This document shows, one piece after another, positions 38,817 through 47,331 of a stretch of DNA of 64,000 nt. Positions within the stretch are counted from its first letter, which is position 1. The number at the start of each line of letters is the position of its first letter. The DNA comes from Candidatus Limnocylindrales bacterium (lineage in GTDB: Bacteria > Chloroflexota > Limnocylindria > Limnocylindrales > CSP1-4): positions 2,656 through 66,655 of the forward strand of contig DATLGJ010000040.1 of the NCBI GenBank assembly GCA_035540555.1, read 5' to 3'. The notes beneath the pieces are model-generated. The model had not been told where the DNA came from. It was given only the letters and a program-made list of their open reading frames with translations, and ran no database searches. A program made the position numbers and the translations under genes.

Positions 38817-39716
38817 TCAGGGCATGTCCATGCCGCCGTGGACGCCATAGGCCGAGCCGCTGACATAGCTTGCCTCGGGCGACGCGAGGAAGACGAACAC
38901 GCCGGCCAGCTCGGCCGGTTGGGCCGGCCTGCCGAAGACAGACTGCTGGCCGAACTCGGCAACCTGCTCGCCCTCAGTCGTGGCCGGGATGAGAGGCGTC
39001 CAGACGGGCCCGGGGCAGACGGCGTTCACGCGGATGCCCTGCTCACCCACCATCTTCGCCAGCGCCTTGGTGAAGGTCACGATCGCGCCCTTGGTGGTTG
39101 CGTAGGGAAGCAGTGATGCCGATGGGGTGAACGCCTGGACGGACGAGGTGTTGATGATCGAGGCGCCTGCCTGCATGTGCGGGATCGCCGCGCGGCAGAG
39201 GTAGAAGATCGCGTCGATGTTGGTGGCGAACGTATGCCGCCATTCATCGGTGGCGATGTCCGCGATCGACTCGAAGCGGTTCTGGTGAGCTGCGTTGTTC
39301 ACCAGCACGTCGAGCCGGCCGAACTCGCTGATGGCGCGCTCGACCAGCGCCTGGCACTGCTGCTCGTCACCGATATCGCCGGCGACGGCAACGGCACGGC
39401 GGCCAGCTTCCTCTACCAGCCGGCAGGTCTCGCGGGCGTCCTCGTCCTCGTTGAGGTAGGAAACGAGCACATCGGCGCCCTCGCGCGCGTAGGCAAGTGC
39501 GACCGCCCGGCCGATGCCGCTGTCACCGCCGGTGATCAGGGCGACCAGGCCAGCCAGGCGGCCCGTGCCGATGTAGGACTCCTGCCCGTGGTCGGCGGTC
39601 GGCTCCATGTCGCGCTCGCGTCCGGGCAGGTCCTGCTCCTGCTCGTTGAAGGGCGGCGTGGCGCCGTCCTGGCGTGGATCCTCGAGCTGGGTGGTGTTCG
39701 ACGGGCGTTCGGTCAT
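38817..39716 (-). CDS. SDR-family NAD(P)-dependent oxidoreductase (YghA/YhdF general-stress type)
   Basis: From ATG 39716: MTERPSNTTQLEDPRQDG...GRLAGLVALITGGDSGIGRAVALAYAREGADVLVSYL...NNAA...YATTKGA. The track start at 39863 adds non-protein-like sequence. Confidence 0.85.
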   Translation of the reverse strand: MTERPSNTTQLEDPRQDGATPPFNEQEQDLPGRERDMEPTADHGQESYIGTGRLAGLVALITGGDSGIGRAVALAYAREGADVLVSYLNEDEDARETCRLVEEAGRRAVAVAGDIGDEQQCQALVERAISEFGRLDVLVNNAAHQNRFESIADIATDEWRHTFATNIDAIFYLCRAAIPHMQAGASIINTSSVQAFTPSASLLPYATTKGAIVTFTKALAKMVGEQGIRVNAVCPGPVWTPLIPATTEGEQVAEFGQQSVFGRPAQPAELAGVFVFLASPEASYVSGSAYGVHGGMDMP

Positions 39717-39963
39717 CGGGTGCTCCTGGGCTGCGCGGCTGGGGGTGGTGCGGCCCAGACATCGACTCGAGCGCTGGGCGCCGTCGAAGGTTAGGAGCCC
39801 GCGGATCGCACGCAGTTCGGCAGCGCGTCCAGAGACTTGCATGCTCATCGCAGCGCGGCGCATCGTGGCCTGCGAGTCGCACCACGACGCTGCGGGGGCA
39901 CCGTCCCGTTAGCGGGCGGCGCTGGTCGCTGCAGGTGTGTTAGCTCGGAAGCCGCGCCCCTGG

Positions 39964-40335
39964 TCAGGTTTCGGGCTGACCCTTCCTGTGACCCCGCTTC
40001 TCGGACGCTTCCTGATAGCGCTTCCGAGCCTCGCTGGCCGCTCGATCCGCCAAACGGAGCGCGTCATCGGCTGAAGTGATCTCCTCGCCTGCCAGGCCGG
40101 CCAGCGCCAGGGCGTGGTTGGCGGCCTGGGCGGCCACCGTTCGAGCTCGCTCGGCAGCTTCCAATGTGGCCTCGGCGTTACGGGCGGTGTCGGCGACTGC
40201 CTCCGCGGTTGCCGCCGCGGCCGCCGCGGCTCGCTTCGCAGCCTCTGCTGCCACCTTGGCCCGTTGAGCCGCGCGATCAGCCTCGCGCCACGCCTCAAGC
40301 AGCGTCGGTAGCGTCTCGTCGTTGTTTGCGCTCAG
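39964..40335 (-). CDS. Ala-rich helical hypothetical protein carrying the LLEAWREA motif; probable CTG start
   Basis: The track ORF starts at GTG 40254, but the family motif (TLPTLLEAWREADRAAQRA) lies in-frame upstream of it. CTG 40335 is preceded by GGGAGGG (6-nt spacing) and a TTGCGG-17-TACATT promoter-like element. Confidence 0.5.
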   Translation of the reverse strand: MSANNDETLPTLLEAWREADRAAQRAKVAAEAAKRAAAAAAATAEAVADTARNAEATLEAAERARTVAAQAANHALALAGLAGEEITSADDALRLADRAASEARKRYQEASEKRGHRKGQPET

Positions 40336-40470
40336 CGCGGTCCCTCCCAGTGATCGACAGACTGAGCGGGAAATGTACTGGTCAGGGCGCGGGACCGCAA
40401 TGGGCGGGCGACCGCGCGCGGTACGCCATCGCGCGGGGGCTGCGTCGCGGTCGCTCCATGTGGGCCTCGG

Positions 40471-42096
40471 TCAGTCCGCCGGCGCCTCTGCCAGGAGCTT
40501 CAGCTTGGGCTGATCCTGCTCCAGCCTCTCCATCGCGAATCGGTTGCCGAAGAGGACGAGGTGTCGGCCGGCAATGTCGCGGACGACCAGCACGCCACGC
40601 CGGCCGGGCACCAGGTCAACCGCCGCGGGCCTGATCCAGCGAGCCAGCTCATATGGTGCCGGGTCCACCCGCACCGGGCACTCGAACTCGCTGGCCATGC
40701 GCTCGCTGGTGACCTCGAGCTGCAGCGGCCCCACCACGCCGATCACGCGCTCGCCGTCAGTCGACACCGGCTCGAGCAGCCGGATGACGCCTTCCTCGTC
40801 GAGCTGCTGGAGGGCGTTGTGGAACTGCTTGTAGCGCTTGCCGTCGAGGTTGCGCAGGTAGGCGAAGTGCTCGGGCAGGAAGGCCGGGATGGGCGGATAA
40901 CGCAGGCCCGGGTCCTCGGCCAGCGTGTCACCGAGCAGCAGGCCCGACGCGTTGACCACGCCGACGACGTCGCCCGGGCTGGCCTGGCTGATCGTCTCCC
41001 GTTGCTGGCCGAACATCTCGTGCGCGTGGGACAGCGAGAGGCGGCGACCGGTCCGGCTGTTGTAGACGCTCATGCCCCGCTCGAAGGTGCCCGTGTGGAC
41101 CCGCAGGAAGGCGATCCGATCACGATGGCGCGGGTCGAGGTTCGCCTGCACCTTGAACACCTGGCCGCTGAAGGGCCCTTCGAGCGCGGTTGGCGAGCCC
41201 TCCGCCGACGGCCTGGGGCGCGGGGGTGGCATGAACTCGGTCAGGCCCGCCAGCAGCAGGTCGATGCCGTGGTTGGCCATTGCGCTGCCGAAGAAGACCG
41301 GCGTCTGGCGACCGTGCAGACTGGTCTCGCTATCCGGCGCGGGGGCATCGGCCTGCAGCAGCTCCATCTCCTCGCGAGCCGCCTGCCACACCTGGTCGCG
41401 GCCAGCGGCCGGATGCCACTCGTCGACGTGGGTGGCTCCGCGGTCACCGACGGTGGCGCCGTGCGCGGTGGAATCGACCTGCCAGACCATTCGGCGGCGA
41501 AGGTCGACGATCGCGTCGAGTTGACCGTCCGTGCCGACCGGCCATGTCGCCGGGGCCGCGGGCAGGCCGATGCGGCTCTCGATCTCATCAAGCATGGCGA
41601 GAGGCTCGATGCCCGGTCGGTCGCACTTGTTGATGAACGTGACGATGGGCAAGTTGCGCCGGCGGCAGACCTCGAACAGCTTCAGCGTCTGGCGCTCGAG
41701 GCCGCGCGTGCCGTCGACGACCATCAGCGCCGCATCGACTGCCCAGAGCGTGCGGTACGTGTCCTCGCTGAAGTCCGCGTGGCCGGGCGCGTCGACCAGG
41801 TTGAACAGCCAGCCGTGCCAGTCGAAGCGCAGGACCGTCGAGCTGATCGAGATGCCGCGTCTGCGCTCGATCTCCATCCAGTCGCTGACCGTCGAGCGCG
41901 CGCGGCGACGGGCACGCACGGATCCAGCTTCGGTGAGTGCGCCACCATGCAGGAGCAGCTTCTCCGTCAGGGTCGTCTTGCCCGCGTCCGGGTGGCTGAT
42001 GATGGCGAACGTGCGCCGTCGGTCGACGCCCGATGTCCCGGTGTTTCCGACGCGGGGCGGATTCTCATTCGACTGGTCGAGGGCAGGCAGCGACAT
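40471..42096 (-). CDS. prfC: Peptide chain release factor 3 (translational GTPase)
   Basis: 541 aa with RRTFAIISHPDAGKTTLTEKLLL, DAPGHADF and NKCD G-motifs, at RF3 length and layout. Confidence 0.95.
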   Translation of the reverse strand: MSLPALDQSNENPPRVGNTGTSGVDRRRTFAIISHPDAGKTTLTEKLLLHGGALTEAGSVRARRRARSTVSDWMEIERRRGISISSTVLRFDWHGWLFNLVDAPGHADFSEDTYRTLWAVDAALMVVDGTRGLERQTLKLFEVCRRRNLPIVTFINKCDRPGIEPLAMLDEIESRIGLPAAPATWPVGTDGQLDAIVDLRRRMVWQVDSTAHGATVGDRGATHVDEWHPAAGRDQVWQAAREEMELLQADAPAPDSETSLHGRQTPVFFGSAMANHGIDLLLAGLTEFMPPPRPRPSAEGSPTALEGPFSGQVFKVQANLDPRHRDRIAFLRVHTGTFERGMSVYNSRTGRRLSLSHAHEMFGQQRETISQASPGDVVGVVNASGLLLGDTLAEDPGLRYPPIPAFLPEHFAYLRNLDGKRYKQFHNALQQLDEEGVIRLLEPVSTDGERVIGVVGPLQLEVTSERMASEFECPVRVDPAPYELARWIRPAAVDLVPGRRGVLVVRDIAGRHLVLFGNRFAMERLEQDQPKLKLLAEAPAD

Positions 42097-42273
42097 CTGT
42101 GTTTCCGTTCGATGCTTCGGGGACCGCCAGGACGCGGCCGGCGCAAGAGCTGCGGGCGACCTTGGCAGGCGTCAAGGATACCCGGGCCACCTTGGCGGCG
42201 TGTGATCTCCGGCAGGCGCAGCCGTCAGGCGCCGGGGACCGAGCCAACAGCCCCGCCGGGGTAAAATTCAGGG

Positions 42274-43393
42274 GTGATCCCCGTGCCCCTGCCGCAGTCG
42301 GCCGCGCCTGTCGCGCGGCGCCCTGCAGATCCCGTTGCACGCCTGCTGGATGTCTCCACCATCTACCTCGAGCCGGCCGTTCAAGAGCATGCGCGCGGGC
42401 GCGAGATCCTGGCCCGCTTCCCCGAGGCCGAGCGGATCGAGGTGAGCTCTCACTGGCGGATCCCCGGCCTCTTCGGCAATGAAGGCAATGTCGAGCGCTG
42501 GAACCGCATCAAGCGGAGCGTGCTCGTCCTGGGCGTCAAGAAGGGCCTTCGCAACGAGCCCAACGGTCGAAGCACCGATTACCTGGCGCCTTCCACCGCC
42601 AATGGCTGCGCGATGGCATGCGCCTACTGCTATGTGCCGCGCAACAAGGGCTATGCGAACCCGATCAGCGTCTTCGTCAACATCGACCAGATCGCCCAGT
42701 CGATCCGTCGACACGCGACGGAGCTGGGCCCCAAGACTGAGCCGAACCAGGTCGACGCTTCGCGATGGGTCTATGACATCGGCGTGAACAGTGACTGCTC
42801 GGTGGACGCAGCGCTGTCGGACAACGTCCGCGATCTGGTCGAGCTGTTCCGTGACCTGCCAAACGCGAAGGGCTCGTTCGCGACGAAGTTCGTCAACCCC
42901 GCGCTGCTCGACTACGACCCGCAGCGGAAGATGCGCGTCCGATTCAGCCTCATGCCGGCTGATACGGGCAGGCTGCTCGACGTGCGGACGAGCCCGATGT
43001 CGGAACGGATCGCAGCAATGACGCCGTTCCACGACGCGGGCTGGGAAGTCCAGATCAACTTCAGCCCGGTGGTGATCGTCGATGGCTGGCTCGAGCGGTA
43101 CGACGAGCTCTTTCGCGAGATCGACGACACGATCCCTGAGCGAGTCAAGAGGCAGCTGGCCTGCGAGGTCATCTTCTTGACCCACAACGAGCGGTTGCAC
43201 GAGGTGAACCTCGGTTGGCACCCGACCGCCGAGGACCTGCTGTGGTCCCCCGGCAACCAGGAGGCCAAGGTTTCGCAGGGCGGTGGCCACAACATCCGCT
43301 ACCGCACCGGCTACAAGGGCCGCATGGTGCGCCAGTTCCTCGAGCTCCTCCGAGCGGCGCCTGCCCTACTGCCGCGTCCGCTACGCGTTCTGA
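42274..43393 (+). CDS. Spore-photoproduct-lyase-family radical SAM protein; 3' end appears frameshifted
   Basis: It has a radical SAM triad (CAMACAYC) and an SPL-family-like layout. After ...MVRQFLELL the ORF frame runs on to 43521 as Arg/Pro-rich sequence. Skipping one C at 43350/43351 gives ...LLERRLPYCRVRYAF* with the stop at 43391-43393. Confidence 0.75.
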
Positions 43394-43432
43394 TCGGTCC
43401 GGGGGATGGCCAGCGGGCGATGCTCGGTGGGG

Positions 43433-43681
43433 CTAGTCGCCCGTCGTGGCTCCCCACAATTCGCGGCCATGGACCCCGTCGCCGGCGCTCATCATCAACG
43501 TGCCGACCGAGCCGTTGCTGAGGGTTACCAGGCTGCTGACGTTTCGCAGGTTGAGCTCAGGCGCCCACTCGCCACCGTCGGCATACCACGGCGCTCCGCA
43601 CAAATCGGGCGGCCAGACCAACCGGAGGCGAGGGTAACGCCGCGCGCCGCCTGAGTACGACCTGGGTGAGTGATCGCCCAA
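43433..43681 (-). pseudogene. Possible remnant of an ELWxxDG-repeat (beta-propeller) protein gene
   Basis: The 82-aa ORF ends ...LVTLSNGSVGTLMMSAGDGVHGRELWGATTGD*. The last 30 aa resemble one ELW-x-x-DGT repeat unit. There is no credible N-terminus or SD. Confidence 0.3.
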
Positions 43682-43711
43682 AGTTTTGGATGACCGCTGC
43701 CTGCGGCCGGG

Positions 43712-43917
43712 TCAAGAGTCAGGTACCGGCCTAACGGCTTTCTCGTCAGGCCCGTGCATGCCCGGCGTGGAGTGCTTACCGAACGCGATCGGGTAGGTGT
43801 TGAGCAGCAGGGGAGGGTCGCCGGTCAGCCTGGCCCGTCTGGGCGCGCGCCCTTCATCGGCCAGATGCAGCTTGATGCCAGGAGTGCGCCGGCAACGGTG
43901 AGGGTGAGCCACGTCAT
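43712..43917 (-). pseudogene. Possible disrupted small lipoprotein gene
   Basis: ATG 43917 opens MTWLTLTVAGALLASSCIWPMKGARPDGPG*, which is a lipobox signal followed by a stop at 43825. A second frame continues with ...RLTGDPPLLLNTYPIAFGKHSTPGMHGPDEKAVRPVPDS* to 43712. This fits a frameshifted gene, but the case is weak. Confidence 0.25.
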
Positions 43918-43927
43918 AGCGGCTGGA

Positions 43928-46900
43928 CTATGGATATGACAGGAAGGCGTCAACGTCGACGCGTACGCCGGTCGACGCGGGTGCCTTCGTGCCGGTACCC
44001 CTGACCTGGAGCCGGTGGCTGCCGGGCTGGAAGCTGCCCGACCACACCAATTGTGCGGCCCTGCGGCTCGGCGCGTACAGGTCAACTGTGGCGACTTTGG
44101 ACCCATCCAGCCAGATCTCTGCGACCCCACGATTAGGGCCGAGTGTGGATACGACCGCCGCGCCGGACCCGCTGAACATCCACGTTGCCGATGAGTTCGC
44201 GACGACCGAGCGCCGGACGTAGCCGCCCGAGGCGCCGGCGAGCGCTACTCGCTTCCAGCTGCCGCTGAATGCGATCGAGCTGTGTAGTTCCTGGCGTAGC
44301 AGCACCGTACGGTTAGTAGTGGTCGCCCAGGCACCTATGTTGCCGGCGCCATCGCGTGCGCGCAGTCGGAAACGGTAGCTGCTGCCCGGCATGAGGGAGA
44401 CGTCGACCGCAGTGGTCGTGGCAGGAGAGAGAGCAACCGCCCCCCAGCTGCCGGCATTCCTGCTCATCTGAAGGTCGTATCGGGCGATGCCACTCGGATC
44501 AGCGGCAGCGGGCCAACTGAGTCGAACTCGGACGGTGCTTCCCAGGCTCTGGGGAGCAATCAGCACCTGGGTCGGCGCTTGCACCACAGGCGCCGATGTG
44601 TCGACCGAGCCAGGCTTGAGCCCGCCCCAGCGAGCGACGTAGTCGGCCTGTGGCACCCCGGCCGCATTGGTGAAATTTCCACCCACGTACATGTCGTTCC
44701 CGGCAGAGATAAGGGCGGCCACTGCCTGACTCGGGTTGCTGCCATTGTCATGCAGCCACCCATCAACGGCCGACCACGAAGTCCCGTTCCAGCGGACGAG
44801 ATGGTCGGCCGTCGCGATGCCGGCTGCGTCGCGGAACCAGCCGCCGACGTATACCTCACTGCCTGACACGACCAGTGCATGCACCGCTTGGCTCGGGCCC
44901 TGCTTGAGCGCGCCGTCGCCGGCACCATTCGATCCCAGCGCGGACCAACTGGTGCCGTTCCAGCGGGCGACGTAATCGGCCGTCGGTAGGCTGGCCACAT
45001 TCTCGAAGTAGCCGCCCACGTACAAGTCGCTGCCGGATGCCGCCAGGGCGTAGACCACCGCTCCCGGCGACCCGATCGCGCCATTTCCCGCACCATTCGA
45101 TCCCAGCGCGGACCAACTGGTGCCGTTCCAGCGGGCCACGTGGTCCGCGGTAGCGACCCCGGCAACGTCGGTGAACCCCCCACCCGCGAAGACGTTCGCG
45201 CCGTCCGTGGCGATGGCGTCAACCGAGCTGTTGAGTGCGCCGTTGCCTGACCCATTCGAGCCCAGTCCCGACCAGCTGCTGCCGGACCACCGGGCCAGGT
45301 AGTCTGCTGCAGAGATGCCGGCGGCGTTGGTGAAGCCTCCCCCCACGATGAGGGTTGTGCCGGAGGCGGCAAGCGACGAGACAGTCCCGTTCAACGGGCC
45401 GTCTCCAGCGCCGTTAGACCCCAGGGCATGCCAGGAAGTACCGTCCCAGCGCGCCACGTAGTCGCCAGCCGCGACGCCGCCGGCGTTCGTGAACGAGCCA
45501 CCGACATACAGGTCGGAGCCGATCACGGCGAGCGAGTGCACGCTGCCATTCAGGCTGGGGTTGGGACCGTTTGAGCCCAGCGCAGACCACCGGCTGCCAT
45601 CCCAGCGAGCGATCCACGACGCTCGGCCGAGTCCTGCGGTTGCTCCGAAGCTGCCGCCTACGTAGACACTCCCACCCAGCACTGCTACTGCATACACATC
45701 CCCTTTGACCGCACCGTCTTCGCCTCCATCGGTCCCGAGGCCCGACCAGATGCTGCCATTCCACCGCGCCACGTAGTCAGATGGGCGACGGTCGTCGACA
45801 TCTGTGAAGTGCCCGCCGATATAGATCGAGGTGCCCGAAGGGGCGATCGCCCGGACGCCGCCGTTCAGAGCATCGTGCGGCGTAGTGACGCCGACACCGT
45901 ACCAGCTGCCCCCGCTCCACCTCGCCAGATGGTGGGCGCCGGCTATCCCGCCGGCAAAGGTGAAACCGCCGCCGACGTAAAGGTCAGTGCCAACGAACAC
46001 GAGCGCCCCCACTCCGCCATTGAGGGCCCCACCGGCTCCGTTGGAGCCGAGCGCGAACCAGCCGGTGCCGTTCCAGCGAGCGACAAAGTCGGCTTGCGCG
46101 AGGCCAGCTGCGTTTTCGAAAGAGCCGCCCACGTACAGCTCGCCGTCGCGAGCGACGAGCGCGTGCACGTCCCCGAGCAGTGCTCCGTTGGTGCCGGCGG
46201 GGCTGGCGCCCAGCGCCGACCAGGCGCTGCCATTCCAGCGCGCAACGCCGTCTGCTTGAGGGACACCAGCGGCATTGGTGAAAAGGCCCCCGGCGTATAT
46301 GTCAGCGCCGGCGACGGCAATGGCCCGAACGCTGTCGCTCAATGCTCCGTTGCCCGCTCCATTGGACCCGAGTGGCCCCCATGCCGTGCCGTTCCAGTGA
46401 GCGATGTGGTCGGCTTCCGCGCGTCCGCCTGCGTTCGTGAAGTTGCCCCCCACGAGCAAGCCATCTGGAGCCGCCGATATGGCATGGACACGAGCGTTGA
46501 GCGCGCCGTTGCCTGCACCGTTCGAGCCGAGCGCCGACCAGGCTGTGCCGTTCCAACGCGCGACGTGATCTGCTTCTGGGAGGCCGGCTGCGTCGGTGAA
46601 CCATCCTCCGACGTATAGTTCGCCGCCGACAACGGCCATCGCTTCGACCTCAGAGTTCAGCGCGCCGTTGCCTGCTCCGTTGGAGCCGAGCGCCGCCCAG
46701 CTCGTGCCGTTCCAGCGAGCGACATGGTCCGCCGCCGGCACGGCGCCGGCATTGGTGAAGCTCCCACCGACATACAGATCCGATCCGATTACGACCAGCG
46801 CGCTGACCCCGCCGTTCAGCGCCCCGTTGGCGCCGTACTCGCCGACCCCGGACCACAGGTTCGCGCCACTCGCCGGAGCTGGCTGGCTGCTTCGCTGAAA

Positions 46901-47164
46901 GCGTGGAGCGTCACCCCGAGTGATGTTGCTGACGAGGGCCCACTGAGTCAGGTCGACGACACCGTTCACGTCATCGTTGCCGGTGAAGGTCCCATCCTGG
47001 GCAAGAGCACTCGACAGATCGGCTTGCGCACTTGTCACGGAGCCAACTTCTGCGGCAACGGCGAGTGCCGGCTGGGGAAGCCCCACCAAGCCGGCCACCA
47101 GCAGCCCGGCTAGCCAGCGGCGACCATCGACCCGCGGCAGCGCTGACCGAAACCGAAATTCCAC
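43928..47164 (-). CDS. Giant secreted protein: about 14 tandem Kelch-like beta-propeller repeats, an FN3 domain and a C-terminal beta-sandwich module
   Basis: I place the start at GTG 47164, after GGGGAAGGGGA. The signal peptide is RRWLAGLLVAGLVGLPQPALAVAA. About 14 units follow of [ADH]VARWNG[TS]SWSALGSNGAGNGALNxxVxAxAxxGxxLYVGGxFTNAAGxxxAD, then FN3 (YDLQMSRNAGSWG...YRFRLRARDGAGNIGAW) and a ~130-aa C-terminal module ending VDVDAFLSYP. Confidence 0.8.
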   Translation of the reverse strand: MEFRFRSALPRVDGRRWLAGLLVAGLVGLPQPALAVAAEVGSVTSAQADLSSALAQDGTFTGNDDVNGVVDLTQWALVSNITRGDAPRFQRSSQPAPASGANLWSGVGEYGANGALNGGVSALVVIGSDLYVGGSFTNAGAVPAADHVARWNGTSWAALGSNGAGNGALNSEVEAMAVVGGELYVGGWFTDAAGLPEADHVARWNGTAWSALGSNGAGNGALNARVHAISAAPDGLLVGGNFTNAGGRAEADHIAHWNGTAWGPLGSNGAGNGALSDSVRAIAVAGADIYAGGLFTNAAGVPQADGVARWNGSAWSALGASPAGTNGALLGDVHALVARDGELYVGGSFENAAGLAQADFVARWNGTGWFALGSNGAGGALNGGVGALVFVGTDLYVGGGFTFAGGIAGAHHLARWSGGSWYGVGVTTPHDALNGGVRAIAPSGTSIYIGGHFTDVDDRRPSDYVARWNGSIWSGLGTDGGEDGAVKGDVYAVAVLGGSVYVGGSFGATAGLGRASWIARWDGSRWSALGSNGPNPSLNGSVHSLAVIGSDLYVGGSFTNAGGVAAGDYVARWDGTSWHALGSNGAGDGPLNGTVSSLAASGTTLIVGGGFTNAAGISAADYLARWSGSSWSGLGSNGSGNGALNSSVDAIATDGANVFAGGGFTDVAGVATADHVARWNGTSWSALGSNGAGNGAIGSPGAVVYALAASGSDLYVGGYFENVASLPTADYVARWNGTSWSALGSNGAGDGALKQGPSQAVHALVVSGSEVYVGGWFRDAAGIATADHLVRWNGTSWSAVDGWLHDNGSNPSQAVAALISAGNDMYVGGNFTNAAGVPQADYVARWGGLKPGSVDTSAPVVQAPTQVLIAPQSLGSTVRVRLSWPAAADPSGIARYDLQMSRNAGSWGAVALSPATTTAVDVSLMPGSSYRFRLRARDGAGNIGAWATTTNRTVLLRQELHSSIAFSGSWKRVALAGASGGYVRRSVVANSSATWMFSGSGAAVVSTLGPNRGVAEIWLDGSKVATVDLYAPSRRAAQLVWSGSFQPGSHRLQVRGTGTKAPASTGVRVDVDAFLSYP
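44621..46864 (-). repeat. Intragenic tandem array of ~160-170-nt (52-56 codon) repeat units
   Basis: I counted 14 occurrences of the (V/I/L)A(R/H)W(N/D/S/G)G motif in the translation. It contains a 47-nt perfect DNA repeat (44922-44968 = 45090-45136). Confidence 0.85.
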
Positions 47165-47331
47165 CTCATCCCCTTCCCCTCGAGGAGCCCCTCGCACCCC
47201 TCTACTCAAAGGCGAAGCGACCATACACCCGCCCCCAGGCTGCGTCCAGCTGGACTTGAGTTCCGGTTCAGCGGAGCGCATACTCTGCGCCGACGCGGGG
47301 GAGGGGCCCCGGCGCAAAGCAGGGACCTGCA

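Noticed and set aside
42097-42273. Direct repeats of ACCTTGGC(A/G)G in the prfC/SPL divergent intergenic region.
   Set aside because: Only about 9-10 nt are shared. There is no symmetry and no known motif, so it cannot be distinguished from chance without comparative data.
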